A stretch of 64,000 bases of DNA from contig NC_087436.1 of NCBI RefSeq assembly GCF_036321535.1, positions 62,002,001 through 62,066,000 on the forward strand. The letters run 5' to 3'. A model generated the notes under the pieces. It saw nothing but the letters and a program-made list of their open reading frames with translations, made no database searches and had not been told where the DNA came from. The position numbers and the translations under genes were made by a program. This DNA comes from Camelus dromedarius (Eukaryota). This document shows, one piece after another, positions 26,237 through 39,850 of the stretch (position 1 is the stretch's first letter; every line of letters starts with the position of its first letter).

Positions 26237-26720
26237 TGAAGCGGGAGGAAAGTGGGCAGGGCACAACCACTCAAGGAATAATACAGCAATTGAGGACAAG
26301 ACAAACTAGTCAGAACCAAGGTGGTGGAAGATTTGACTTCCAGTAGACCTTGAGCCTCATGGCACACCCACAGGTGCCATGACAGTTCCTAGGATGACCA
26401 TAAAATGTCAAAAGTGGGCGGAGGGCATTTCCTTGAAATCCTTTCCCCTTCCCCAAAGTAACTGGAATAATTGTCCTACTCATTAGCGTATGAAATTACC
26501 AAGCCCATAAAGCCTAACAACTCGGCACCTCGTGATCGCGCTGTCTTGCCTTCTGATGTGGCCCACGTTCTGCTTACAGAGTGTGTATCTCCTTCTGAGT
26601 GAGACAGACTGACCTCTGTCTGTGGAGTGTGTATCTTTCTAAATAAACTTGCTTTCACTTTAGCATGCCTTGTTCTTGAATTCTTTCCTGCCTGAGGCCA
26701 CAACCTATTCTCCCCCAGCA
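26237..26720 (+). mobile_element. ERV1-like solo LTR
   Basis: TG...CA termini, AATAAA at 26642, then ttgaattctttcctgc; imperfect 4-bp TSD gtac/atac; related to the LTR at 29514. Confidence 0.85.
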
Positions 26721-26879
26721 ATACCTTTCACTGTTAAAAGTGTGTTGCTTTGGATAATGTATTATACTTGTAACCTTGCTTATGTACATAGACACACACA
26801 CTTTTCTGCATGGTATTTAAGCCTCCTGGAAGACTATCCATGGAACCATAGGAACAGGGTTCTTACTTTTAGTGGTCTT

Positions 26880-28620
26880 ATGGGAAAAAAAGTGTTGCAA
26901 GAATATCAAATGGTCACATGTGTAAAATGCTGTGAAGTTAAGTAAAATAAGGACTTAAGGTATGTATTAGATTTAGTTATGTGCTGACCATTTTTCTATT
27001 TAGCAAGGAAAAATTTCTGTGAAGAGTGTTGATAAGTCAATGATGAAGAAGGCCATTTACATAACTAGTGTAAATTACTCTTAAAGATATTTTGCTTTGA
27101 AGGGAAGAAAAGCAATACAGTGGTATCTGGAAGACATGTGTATACTGGGAGAGATAATTTTAATTATATATGAGAGACTATAACAGAGTTTTTCAATCCT
27201 GTTCATTAAAATAATCTGGAGAATATTTTTTAAAAAGATGTCCAGGACTTACTAATGGCCAATTAACCGGAGTCTCTTGGTATTAGTTAAAGCACTCCGC
27301 ATGACTATATTGTAGAGTTGCATTATGAGAACTACTGACAAAAACTTATTTGAATTCTAATGGGTAGAAATGAATGGATTGAAAATGACTCTGAGGGATG
27401 GAAAAGAAAATCTATAGCAAAAGAGTCCTAAAAATTCCAAAGAACATGGAACCAAAGCTCAGATGGACCTTAAGAAAGAGAAGACTTTTTTTCCCCACAT
27501 TATAGCATCAGAGCAAGAGGAGAATGTTTATAGTGCATATTGTTCTGTTTATTGGAGAGAGACAGTTGACAGAGTCTGCATCAGATAGAAACTTCTATTT
27601 TTATCAGTGCAGCAGAGAGAAAGTAATATTCTTAGTGCAGAAAGATATAAGGAGGTCAGAGGTTTAGGGAGAGCTAACTTACTGGAGAAACACTATGATG
27701 TCTCTGGGAAATTTTGAAGTCCCTTGTGAGGCTGAAAACCACAAATTATTATAAAATTCTCAGATATGTAATCTTTCTCCAGAAATGTCCAGCTACCTGA
27801 TTGTAGTCACGGGCAAAGCTTCTGATTGGGTTCACCGTGGATGTCTATTTGCCATGAAGTTGTAATGGGAAAGCAGTGGTGCAGAGATCTGGACATTTTC
27901 AAGATTGTGACTGAAATGAGGATTTTTTTTTATTTGGAATAAAAGCTTGATACGGAGGAAATAAAAGGAAGATGGCATTGATTTTACATCACATACTGTT
28001 GATCTGCATGATCCCTAAGAAGAGGATGTTGAAGAAGGCAGGGATTGTGGCCAGAGACTGGCATGTTTAACAATTTAGGAGATGAAATAGCTTTAGGTCG
28101 TGGGGAGAATATAAGATCAGGTGGCAGAAAAGTACTGGAGGATAAGGTTATCAGTGATACAGAGGCAGAAAGACTGGCTAGTACTCTGGAAAACTGTTTT
28201 CATTGACATTGAAATGTTAAAATAATGACAGGGGTTAGGTTGGAAAGAGTAGATTGGGAAGTCTTCATTGATAGATGACTAATGATTCCTGACTAATTGA
28301 TTAGTGATAAAGACAGAGAAATCTGGGGACTGCTGCAATGAGGAGGAGTTGTAGAGTCGAATATGATTAACTCACAGGAGCAGCAGGATCTATAAAGTCG
28401 GGAGAGCAACTACCTAGAAAAGGCATTGGAGAACTGTGAAGGCGCTGCCTCTGCCTTCTGACCTTGAGGTATATGGGGCAGGAGAGAGACAGCTGTGAAA
28501 GAACATCATAGCTTGTCCCATTTCAGTTACAGTGTGGGTGGTGGGAATAGTGCGATGGCATGAGCTAGTGAACAAACACTACAGTGAGCTAAGGGAGTTG
28601 AGATGATGTTGGGAGGAGAT
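26880..28620 (-). mobile_element. Degraded L2, with a probable MER5-like insertion near 27190-27340
   Basis: atggtcacatgtgtaaaatgctgtgaagttaagtaaaataaggact..tattagatttag; purine-rich L2-like decay. Confidence 0.55.
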
Positions 28621-29513
28621 AAATTCTAAGAATCTCATTTCTGAGGGTCTTTAGCTTTTGGATTTCTACTGATTTCTTAGAGGTGATTTCAGCGTCTTCT
28701 GCTTTGGGGAAGGAAGGTGGGTTTTGCCAAACAACCTCTAAAGCCTCTTTTCCAGTGCTCTGAGGCTTGAAGTGTTCTTGACTTCACATGAGAGTATCAG
28801 TGCTTTAAAGTTGCCTCAGGTAATTGTATAATACAGTGATGATATGGGAAGTAATATAACTAAAACCCCAAATAGAAAAGATTTAGGAGCGTCTAATAGG
28901 ATATAGGCTACTTTCCTGAGAGACAGAGTTCTAGCCGCATGGCAACAGTATCCCATTAACTATTTTAAGCTGCTTCAGTTAACTGTTCTCTCCTTTGTCT
29001 GAACTGACTATAGAAATGATGGAAATGAATATCATTGGGAAACTTCTTCAAAGTCACAAAAAACTTCCCAAGGCTTCTAATATATATGAAACACTTACAT
29101 AGGGAAAGACGTTTCTGTAATGAGTCAAGTAATGAATACAGTCGTTTACTAGATACATTTACCTTTATGACCAAATACTGTCTTTTCTCTGAAACCTAAA
29201 ACACAAGTGTTAGAACAGATTAACCCCACCTACTTGAATTGGCATTTTGAACATCGTTTCTTTGAGATCTAGTGATAGTTTCTTATGAAGGAGTCACCAC
29301 CAACACACTTTAAACTTTTCAGTGTGACTTTTTAAATATAAATATGTATTTCCATCTGTCACAAAGTAAAAACTAGATCTGCAATTTGAACTAGGACAAC
29401 TTAATGTAAATCATTATTAACTAGTAAAAAAGGGTAACTACTAAAAGGACTCTAGGAATACTGAGAAAGCCAATGCAGGGGGCACTATCTTTGGGGCTGA
29501 GTGAGTGAGTGAG

Positions 29514-30137
29514 TGAGACAGGAAGGGGGCAGGGCACAGCCATTCAAGGAATGCCACAGCAATTAACATCAAAATAGTGAAAGATTCAACCCCTAGTAGG
29601 CCTTGAGGCTCAAGATGATGGGAGATTTAACTTCTAACAGACCTTGAGCTTCATTATACGCCCATTGTAATATGTTAGCATGGTGAATAACATGCCCCCA
29701 GGCACCATGGCAGTCCCAAGGCTAGCCACACAAGGTCAAAGAGTATGAAATGGCCAACTTCCTGGGAATCCCAGCCCCTTCCCCAGGATACTTAGACTGG
29801 TCCTTCCACTTACTAGCTTATAAAGCCACTAAGCCCATAAAAACTGGCAACATGGTGCCTCACGCCCGCCTCTCTCTCCATTCAGAGATGGCCTGCACTC
29901 TGTCTATGGAGTGTGTACCTACTTTTAATCTGAGCACCCACCCCCACACCTTGTGGCCTTTCTCTTGCCTTTCAATGTATCTCTCTGAATAAATCTGCTT
30001 TTACTCAACTGTGGCTCGCTCTTGAATTCTTTCCTGCGCGAAGCCAAGGACCCACGCATGGCCCGGCACGTTCCAGGGGCTCAACCGAAGCCTGGGACAC
30101 GGCCCTCCTCACGCCCCACATCTGTTTTCCTGCATCA
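29514..30137 (+). mobile_element. ERV1-like solo LTR (young, CpGs retained)
   Basis: TG...CA termini, perfect 4-bp TSD tgag (29510-29513 and 30138-30141), AATAAA at 29988. Confidence 0.92.
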
Positions 30138-30491
30138 TGAGCAAGGAAGAGACTAAAACCTTAGGGAAACATCCTCTGACCCCACCTCCATCAAACAAGA
30201 GATTCTGAACTTGCAGGAGAACGTGTGGCTGCCGCAGAAACACTGTCTATCAGAGGCAGAGAAACCTGGCAGAAGGAATAGGGGAGGACCGAAGGGGTCA
30301 AGGATCAGGAGAGTGTGGGTAGGCTAAAGATGCCATAGCCTCACAAGGACCCTCCTCCATCCTCTATGAAAAGGCCTAACAGTGCTGTTGTTAGCAGAAG
30401 AGAAATGTTGACAGAATTCAGCCTCAGAATCATCATCGCAAAAAGCATCTCAAAAAAGCATGCACTTAGAACTGAGAAGAACTATATTGAC

Positions 30492-30970
30492 TGTGAACGA
30501 AAAACACTGCAAACCATATCAGTAAACAGAAAATGCTGAAACCATCAAGTCATCAGCCGCTGCCGCCACCCCCCAGTGAAGACAAGCCTGCAGCCCAGCC
30601 TCTGCAGCCACTCACAATGGCGCACTCTGAGCAGACTCAGAATAAGAAAGGACAGGATACTGGCCCTAGACAGCTAGGTGCTTGTCAAAGGAGTGGATTC
30701 AATGAGCCCAAATGTTTGCTTCCTCCCATACATAGAAAAGCACTAACTTCTTTAACTTGAGATGCCTGGTTTTTTTTAGGTAACAAGTAATCTTTTATTG
30801 TTCCAACTACCTGGTCTTTGTTGTAAAGCTCTTAGGTATCCTAGCTTCTCCCCTACCTCTTCGGAGCAGTCCCTCAGAGCGATCTGAGAGGCTGTCATCC
30901 CAGCTCAAGTCCTCCTGCCAAATAAAACATAACTCTCAACTTTTAGGCTGTGCATTTATTTCAGTCGACA
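30492..30970 (+). mobile_element. ERV1-like solo LTR (second family)
   Basis: tgtgaac...gtcgaca termini, perfect 4-bp TSD tgac (30488-30491 and 30971-30974), AATAAA at 30921. Confidence 0.9.
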
Positions 30971-33619
30971 TGACTGTCACAGCTTCTATATGGAAAAATC
31001 AGAGAATAGTCTCTAATTCTGAAGTCGCAAAAGCAGAGAAACAAAAGTAACTACGATGTATATACAAATATCTGTCTGATTTTATGCTCAGACATAGTCA
31101 TCCCAAAGATGATTTTTGGAGTAATTAAATTTAGCATTGTAAGCAATGTCTTTACACTAAAATACCAATTCAAACTTAGATATGATTGAAGAATCTATTA
31201 TAAGCCTTAATATACTAAGATTGCTGTTATAAAATACAAAGAGAAAAATTTAATAAGTGGTGAGTTTTATTTTGTAAGCATTTGAAACATTATGTGTCAG
31301 TTATGTAGGTTGATATAAACAGAGTGGGAGCAGCCCTGTGCCCAAATACTCCATAGGGTGGCCACCATCACATATCATTCACATGCAGTCTCTAATGTCT
31401 TGGGTTAATTGTCTTCTTCCCCAGCTTCTTCTTTGGAAATGTAAATATTCCCAGGAGGATTATCCTGTTTAACTGTTGTCAGCTACCTCTAGTGTCAAAA
31501 ACATATGCAGCTTTTCAACAGTCATTACTATTCCTAGAGGCAAAAAGTACTCCCCTGATTCTCAGAGAAATCGTCAACGCTATTCTTACCAAAAGCCAAA
31601 TGCAGCACTTAGCAATTAGCCTAAAATCATAAATATGAATGAATCTAAATTTTCTCAGACTTTGATATCCAAGTGGATTTGAGGCTATCTTGCTCAATTG
31701 CTCATCTTTTCCATTTCAGAGAGGGGCAAGTGAGTGTACCTCAGATCAGTTTTAGTTACTGTGGGAACGCAGTAAGTCTCACGTCTTCAGACTACCCAGT
31801 ACAATTCAACTTCCTCTATTACTGGTGTGGCAGAATGAAGACAATGCACACAAAAAAAGTGGAAGGGCTTAAAAAGATGCACAGAGAATCATGACAGTTA
31901 AAGTGGAATCATGTGACAGACACCTCAGAATTTTAACTAGGACATGCCCCAATTCTAACTCTATAATTGTCTCGACATCATTCCAACTCATTGTTTAAAA
32001 AATATTCAGTCAGCCACTCAGCTGATTTTTGTGGCTGTTGTTCCTTTTATTGGTCTCTCTCTATAATAGCATACAACTGACCTGCTATTATATTTCTCAT
32101 TGAATTGACTTTTAGGCTAACCAAATCATTGCATCTTTTGTTATGCATCAAGCATACCTGGAATCCTGCTGGTGAAACATAAATAGCATTGTTAATCAGC
32201 ATCTATAAACCATGCTGAACAAATGGCAATGCAGAAATCCCATCAAGAAAATTTAGTTTCGTTTCTCAGTTCGCCTTTACTCAATAGGTCTCATGAAGAA
32301 TGGCAAAAGATTTCCAAACATTTATTGGACTGTGGGGAGAAATGAGATCACTATGTGCAGTGTGGTCACAGGGCACATTTCAAAGAGAATCTTACACTGG
32401 AAATCATTTGACATGAACATGAGTTTCTGGAAGGCAGCTAGTACAGGCCAAACCACTGACAATTCAGTCTCAAGAATAATACTGGATTCTACAGCTACAT
32501 TTGAGGATATTTTTCCATTTCACAATGACCTCTTACTGCTGAGAGTTGCCTCCCTAACCCCCAGGGATTAAGTGCTATTGCTGTCCTATGTGACACTGTC
32601 ATTTTAGCCACAATTAATCAGAAGAGATAACTGCTACCTCATGCTGGGCCGATCATATTCTGTCCCTGAGAACTCTGGGTTGGGATTCAGGGACACTGTT
32701 GAGTCTCTGTGTGCGAGCTGGAATTATAAATTGTAAACTCAGGAACTGTGGGGTGTCCATCCTCAACCATGAGAGTGGGAAATGATGTAGTCTGTAGTCT
32801 TGAAAACTGAGGCAAATATTAGAAGCAGAGCCAACCGTACGGGAGGAAATCATTCTGGTTTTTTATTTCCTGATTCGTATCCCTTGGAAGTAACCATTGC
32901 TTTTTTTTCTATCATTTCACTAATTCCTCCTTTTATTTTATTTATTTACTTATTGCTTAGGGTAGGTCTAGTTATTAACTTAAGAATCTTTTTTAAAATT
33001 ATAGTTCTTTTTTAACGCGTACCACAATTCCTTTCATCAGACTTTCAAAATACAAATGCCTTACAGAGTGTGGGTGCTCAAATTAAACCATACAGGGAAG
33101 TAATGGAATTAATAACTAATGACACTTTGTGCCTTATGTTAAATTGTCAAGTAAACATTGTGCCCAATTTTTTTTTTAACTAAAATAAACCCTTTGTAAC
33201 ACAGGTAACACTTTTTCCTTTAATATTGACTGTTTTATATGTGCTAACACAGGCTTCAGGAGAGTATTTTGTCAAATAATTTCTTCATGTGTTTTATTAT
33301 AATTTTTTAATCAAAGAAAATGATTGGTGTATTATTTTTCCTAAATTTTAGCTGTTTGACAGCATTTCTTGGGAGGTTTTGTGACATAGATTATTGTAGC
33401 AAATGTAAGGAAAAGCAAGGATAAAACATCTCTCTTGTATTTAGGTTCTTATGTGCAAGTAATCAAGCAAAGAGAAGGAGTTATTAATAGGATATATAAA
33501 AATAGAATACCAATAAAAGCAGTATAAATTATTATTATCTAGATTAATATTTGTAATAGTTAAGATGTTCTTTGAAGTCCTGGTACTAGGATAACCGACA
33601 TTTAACAAGTCCCTAGTCT

Positions 33620-33730
33620 GTGCCACGAACTCTGCTACAACTTTTATGATTTTCTCATTAAGCTTCATAGAAACTGTGATAACTGTTATTATCATTTTAT
33701 AGATGAGAAAATGAAAACTTCCTGACATTA
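33620..33730 (-). mobile_element. MIR relic
   Basis: actgttattatcattttatagatgagaaaatgaaa. Confidence 0.55.
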
Positions 33731-36594
33731 ATAATAATTTTTACAAGTCTGTTTCAATTGAGTATTTTAATTTTATGTTTTGAGAAGATGGATTTTAGTG
33801 TATGAGACCCATACTTCACATACAAAACATACTTATTATTTTTCTTTTGAGACTTTTCTCCTACCATTTCCATCTGCCTTGAAGCAGACCTTCTCTATAT
33901 CCTTAAGTATTTAATAAAGAGCATGAAAAAATCATTAAGTCTTCCAACTAAAATATTAAATCCAAAATATTTGCTCTAGTACCAGCCAGCTAAACATTAT
34001 TGTCAGGGGAACAGAAGTACCACATCTTTTACTCTTCTTTCTTCAATTTTTCATCATTTTTTTTTCTTTCTGATGTTAATTTTCTCCTCAGGGTATGACA
34101 TCTTCTGATATTTGAAAATGAATGGCAGTTTCCTCCAAGTTTAGAGTGACTAGGTTGTTAAGATTATAAATGTGTGTTCTCAGACACTTGAACATTGTTC
34201 ACAAATTGGATTTTTGAAGTGTTAGCAATGTTCTCTTTGAGGGATTAATCTCTCCTTCAATAGAGTTGGGGAGGAGGAGGAGGAGTAACCTAAATGTAAT
34301 ATTCGCTCAACTTTATCACACTCAGCTTTTAAAACTCAAGACCCCAACTTATCTCTGGAGCAATTTTTCATCTCTTTATCTCATATTTCTGCCCTGCCAG
34401 CCAGACCACACATCACATTTTTATCGCATCTTCAGAATTTTGTCTATGTATCCAAAATATGTTTTCATCCCTATTTTCACATCATTCCATCTTATTTCAA
34501 GGATTTCAAGGCAAGTGCATCAGTAAAAACAATTTACTTTACTTATTTTCACCTTGTAAAATCTAGGGGAAAATGAATGGATCAGAGAAATGTAAGTTTG
34601 AAAGCATCTTAATCAGATAGGGATGTCCTTTCCCTCTTCAAGGAAAACTTCCCTTTTACCATGGGGGCACCTCTACGTTGGAAATTGTCATCCTAGGGAG
34701 GAGGTCTAAAAGCACATTTTATTGTCTTTACTCCTAGAGAGTAAGTGAAACATCTAGGAAACTGTTTTGAAAGTCCAGTAACTATACCCCTTTCTCTGAT
34801 CTAAGGGAAGTGCCCGTGGTGTGCAGAAACTCGGCAGTGATACTGAAACTTGCAAGTAATTGACATGGTACTCCAGGGTCTCTTCCCACTGACATCTGAG
34901 AGTCCAGTTCGCATAGAGCATCCCATGACAACTACTTTTTTTCTTTTATTTTAAGGACATTCACAAACTGCCTCAATATTCAATCATATTGCTGCACAAA
35001 GTCTAACTCAAGTTCTCAGAAACATGGAGCCTAAGTATTACAGACTACATGGACATAGAAACCACAAAGGGCCCAAATTTTATAAGAATAATTTTTCAAT
35101 TATTGGAAAATATTGTATTAACTGTTACTTGATTAAATATATCTGAAGTGTCAAAGATTCTTTTTAAGAAAAAAGAGACAGAGAAAATGCATGCATGTGC
35201 AGAAGAGAAACAGACTTGCCGCAAATTAATTATTTTGAGGAACTATTTACCTTGTTATAAAGCAAAATTTTACCATCATATAAATAACATAATTTATTAA
35301 CAGAAACAAATAAAAACTTAATATTCTTTGATCATATTTTAAAAGAGTAAATTAAATATGTAATATTTGAGACAAGTGCCTTTTTCAAATATTTCCCAAA
35401 CTGAACTGTTTGAACAAGCTTAAAATCTATTTTAAAATCACTGTTTAAATAATAATAGTGAACTCTGTGATTAGACTGATTGGTTAAGGTTTAGATATGC
35501 AGATTATTCCTCTTAATACAGTCCAACACATTGAAAAAGTTTAAAATGTTTGATTCAAGCTTATGTTTGGTTTGGCATGCAATGTGTATACCCGCAACTG
35601 TGTGCTTTGTCTGTTATTAAAAAAAAAAAAAAAACCTAAGAGAGAAGGGGATCACATTTGCTAATTTGAGAAATATTGGGAGGGATTATTGCAAAATTCT
35701 AGATTTGAGAAAAACAGTAAGAAGATACACAGTCGATCTTCAGAAAGTGTAACTGTCTCTATTTCAAAATTATCCTCATTTATAAGTTTCTAAAAACATA
35801 ATATGCTTATGCATTATTCATGCACTTGTACGCACACATACACATTCACAAACTCATGTTATGAAATAATTATGGAAGAGAATTAGGGAGAGACTTAACC
35901 CTTGTGAGACAAAGCACCAACTCCTATTTCTACAAACTTAATCTGTCACTGACAGATCAATTTCAGAATGCTTGACATTTAGCCCCGACAGCTGGCTCAA
36001 ACCTTCTGTTAAATTAAAATATGAATGACGAGTTTCAATTTTAACTTTGCACTGCCCTTTATGTAGAAGCAGACTTTGTTCAGATCTAAAAATCTTATTC
36101 TCCTAAAAAAAAAGTTTCTATTTCAATGTTGAATTTAATAACTGAAGGAAGCTAATTGTTTCTAAAGTTGGAAAAGCAGACCCTCAAAAGAGATAATCGT
36201 GTTTACAAGGCCATCAGTTACTATCATGGTCCAGGGGCAATTGCTAAGAACTCTTGACAAAAGAGATGAAATAACAAGATTGGGGGATGACATTTCAGCT
36301 TCTTTCTTTAGAGAATTTTAACTTCATATATTTCATACATGTTGACATGAAAATGGCTATGCTAATTATGATTGATGATAGAAATATATTCCAATATTTA
36401 TATTTTATAATACTTTGCAGGATACACTATTCTCTTTGAAAGATTGTATAGGAAAGGCATGGAGGATTTTTTTTCACCATTATAAAGAGGATAAAATGAT
36501 ATATAGAGTGGTTTGTACAAGGACACATTGTTGTAAATATGATAAATGAAGCCCAATTTCAAGTCCCCGTGTAGTATAGGGCATTGCCTTCTAA

Positions 36595-36768
36595 AACTGT
36601 GGTTTACATTTGAACCTCTCAGAGAGTTTCTTTAAACCAATTTCTGAATGCCACCCCTCCAGACTGACTCAGTACCTCTGAGTTGGGGCCAAGGTGGGCT
36701 TTTCCAACAAGCTCCCCTGCTGATACGAAACCCAGTGGCTCCATGGACCACACTCTGAGCAGCTGGTT
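36595..36768. mobile_element. MER5A-like hAT-Charlie MITE
   Basis: ccacccctccagactgactcagta..ggggccaagg..ccaacaagctcccc..ccatggaccacactctgagcagctg. Confidence 0.7.
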
Positions 36769-38609
36769 CTGACAGATCTTGGTTTTAAACTTGGCTTAGC
36801 AAATTATAATTCTTATTTTTTAAGTCATTAAAACTTTTTAAACCATGTTCTCTTCGCCCTTACATTGAGAAAAATCACATCTAGTTTTGTTGTGAGAACT
36901 AAATGAAAAATAAATTTAAAACATCTATTCTGTCCTATGTGCTCCTACTGCTAATTCCATTCCACTCTCTGTGGGGCCATCCTGCGGAGCTTTACTGATT
37001 CTTCCAGTTCCTTTCTCCTTGAGATTGCCACTCTATTCCATTCTGATGGAGTTGAGCAACCTTTAATGCTTCATTCTGACATCTTCCTGAGAAGGTATTG
37101 AGCAGAAAATTCAGCAGTTGAGAGAATTATTTATTATTAGAAGTATTGTTGTTGTTTTTTTACGACACCAGCTCTCTCCTAAGTTTGCGATACATTTATC
37201 ATTTTAATGTTTCTTTCAGAGTTTTATCATAAAAATGACTCATTAATTCAGACTATTCTGAAAAACTGAATGCGAGAATTTGAGAAAAGGCAAGGCTGGA
37301 GTTGAGCTTTTCATCTGTGGGACCAAATTTCTTCTAGTGAACATATTGACATAGGAGTACAAAATTAGTTGAACTGACAGAGTGAACTAATCTAAAACAT
37401 TCCAATGTAGAGTTGTTTTAATTCAAAACAAATTTTATTTTATACTATTTTCCTGCATTGCAACTATGAGCTTAGATTTTCAAATAAACACTAAAAACGT
37501 TAATAAAATACATTTCCATCTATTCAGTTACAAAAAGTCACAAAAGTATTTTTATATGTTTCAAATAATTATGTTTTAAAATATGTATTTTGTATTTATT
37601 GTTATTTTAAAATCGATTATATTTAGATGTTTATAAAGAAAATGCATGGCAATGCAGGACCATATTACATAAATTAATGCATATTAAATACTTCAAAAAA
37701 GTAAAATTGAAGTTCTTACATGTCATTTTTTTTTAATTTGGGAAAACTAGAAGATATCTTTAAAAAATATTTCTTTAAATGATAATTGTTGTAATTTCCA
37801 TACTAAAAGGAAAAGAAACTTGACAGTACAATGAAAATATTTTGGATTCCACGTGATTTAAACCCAAATAGTACTTTCTAAATTTTTCCCAGGCATTGAA
37901 CACGTAACCAGATCATTTCAACTAGTACTTAATATGGGTTGCATTTTGTTGATGACATATTGATTTATGTTAGTGATGCTTGAGAGTACTGGAAAGTGGG
38001 AAGTCACTCAATTGCTCTTCAATGCCGCTGCTGAAGGAATGAGTACCTTCCTGGATTAACCTTCCTCTTTCTGCTTTGTCCTTATCTTGCATAAGATTTG
38101 GGGCTTTGCTTTACCAATGTCTCAAACTTGTAATTCATAATTGTATTTCCTGTGTCAGGGTGTCTCATATCTGGCCTGGATGATGCTGAAACTTCTGGCC
38201 TCTAGAGATTCCTTTAAATTTGTCCTCATTTTAGTTACACTGAGTGCAACTAAATGTATTCAGGACAAGGAACACCTTTTTGTTACACCCCCACCAAAGA
38301 AGAGCAGGTAGTGGATATCCTGAACTTAATTCTGAGAATGTTTCTTAGACAGCAGGACAAATAGAAAGTCTGTAGACCTAATGGCATTAAGAATTTCTTC
38401 GTTAAACATTTCTTACTGAAATAAAACCAGTGCCCAAAAATTCTCTGAAAGGACTTCAGTTAAATAAATTATTATGAGCAGATTATTGTGTTAGGCAAAT
38501 GGAATTTTTTAAAAACCTACAAAAACAAATTAAAAAATGTTCTTCATATATATCATACAGTCCTTTTTTGGACCTGGGAGACCTAGATAGCACCACTGCA
38601 AAATTACAA

Positions 38610-39030
38610 TTCTGGAGCCTGGGAATCAGAACAACTAAAGGATGGAGTTGCTATCAACTGAGATGGTTGAGCAGAGTGGCTTTAGGGGGAAATGAGGGAT
38701 TCAGGTCTGGACATACGGAGTCTGAAATTTTTTTAGACATCCAAATGGAGATGCCAGTGTGTCATGGCAAATTAGATATCTGAGTCCAGAGCTCAGCAGA
38801 CAATCTGGAATCAACACATAAATTCAGGATTTATGGCCATTTGAATGTTATTTTAAACTATGAAGCTGAATAATACCACTCAAAAAATGAATTTAGGTAT
38901 AGAGAAAACAACATAATCAAGGAATGTGCCCTAAAGCTGCCAACATTAAAGTGGAAGAGAAAAGGAGATTTTGAGAGAGGAAACTGAATATAATAAGTCG
39001 TGAAATAGACAAGGGAGGAGCTGTTGAATT
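38610..39030 (-). mobile_element. L2 relic
   Basis: ggatggagttgctatcaactgagatgg..ttcaggtctggacat..ttagacatccaaatggagatgcc..gagtccagagctcag. Confidence 0.8.
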
Positions 39031-39639
39031 GTGACCAATGAGATGGACTTGGGGGGCCAAAAAGACCAGAATATCATAATACCTTTCAAAAAACCTTGCC
39101 ATTATCTTGTTCAGCTTATATTATGATTTAAAAAATTTTTTTTAAATGTTAGGTTTTGTTCTCAAAATTAGTGGGTGATTCTGGAACCATTTCTTCCATT
39201 ATTGAGAAGGAAATTCAGCTCTTTGAAGTGTGAAAGTCTGTAATGCAATGATTACTAGATAGTATTTTCACTTGAGCTGAGACACTTGATCTTAACTTTC
39301 TCTCCCCAGTGAATCCGGACTTTGGCTCCATTCTCTGAGCTGATTACTGAGGCCCACTGAACGGCTCTAATGAATTATAGTGGCAACTCCCTGGTGATTA
39401 TTGATTTCATCCGGCTCACTGAACAGAAATAAGTACTTTCTAATTTGTTGTGACATTGAATAGATGTGTTTATTTATTAAAGGATGTTGTAATGGCAGCA
39501 TGCCACTTTGTCAGAAGAAAGAGCAACTTTCCTTTTCTGGGGCAGAGAGAGTATCAAGCAAAGACTGGCAAAATTAGAGTATGCTCCAAGAACCCAACAA
39601 ATGGCCATCTATGTAGTTTTGAAATATGACAGAAGCAAG

Positions 39640-39850
39640 AAAAGAAACTAGAATTAGACTCAGATACCTCTGAGTTTCTTCTCAACTCTGTCACACACTG
39701 GCTTTGACTTTTGGCAAGTTACCCAACATCTTATTATCAGGTTTTTTCATCACAGAGTTTGGATGATGACAGAAACTTCAAGGATTATTTTATGAATACA
39801 ATGAAAATAAATGATTGACTCTCTACAGTTTAAAATGGCCCAGAAATACA
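39640..39850 (+). mobile_element. MIR relic
   Basis: tctgtcacacactggctttgacttttggcaagttacccaac..tcaggttttttcatc. Confidence 0.6.

Noticed and set aside
30016..30115. CpG island or gene promoter
   Set aside because: Only ~100 bp long and entirely inside a young LTR.
26237..30137. Provirus bounded by two related LTRs
   Set aside because: The LTRs differ in length and sequence, each has its own flanking duplication, and the interior looks like decayed L2 with no PBS, gag or pol.
30406..30491. LTR start at tgttgacagaa (inverted-repeat-like match to the 3' end)
   Set aside because: There is no TSD at that position, whereas a start at 30492 gives a perfect tgac TSD.
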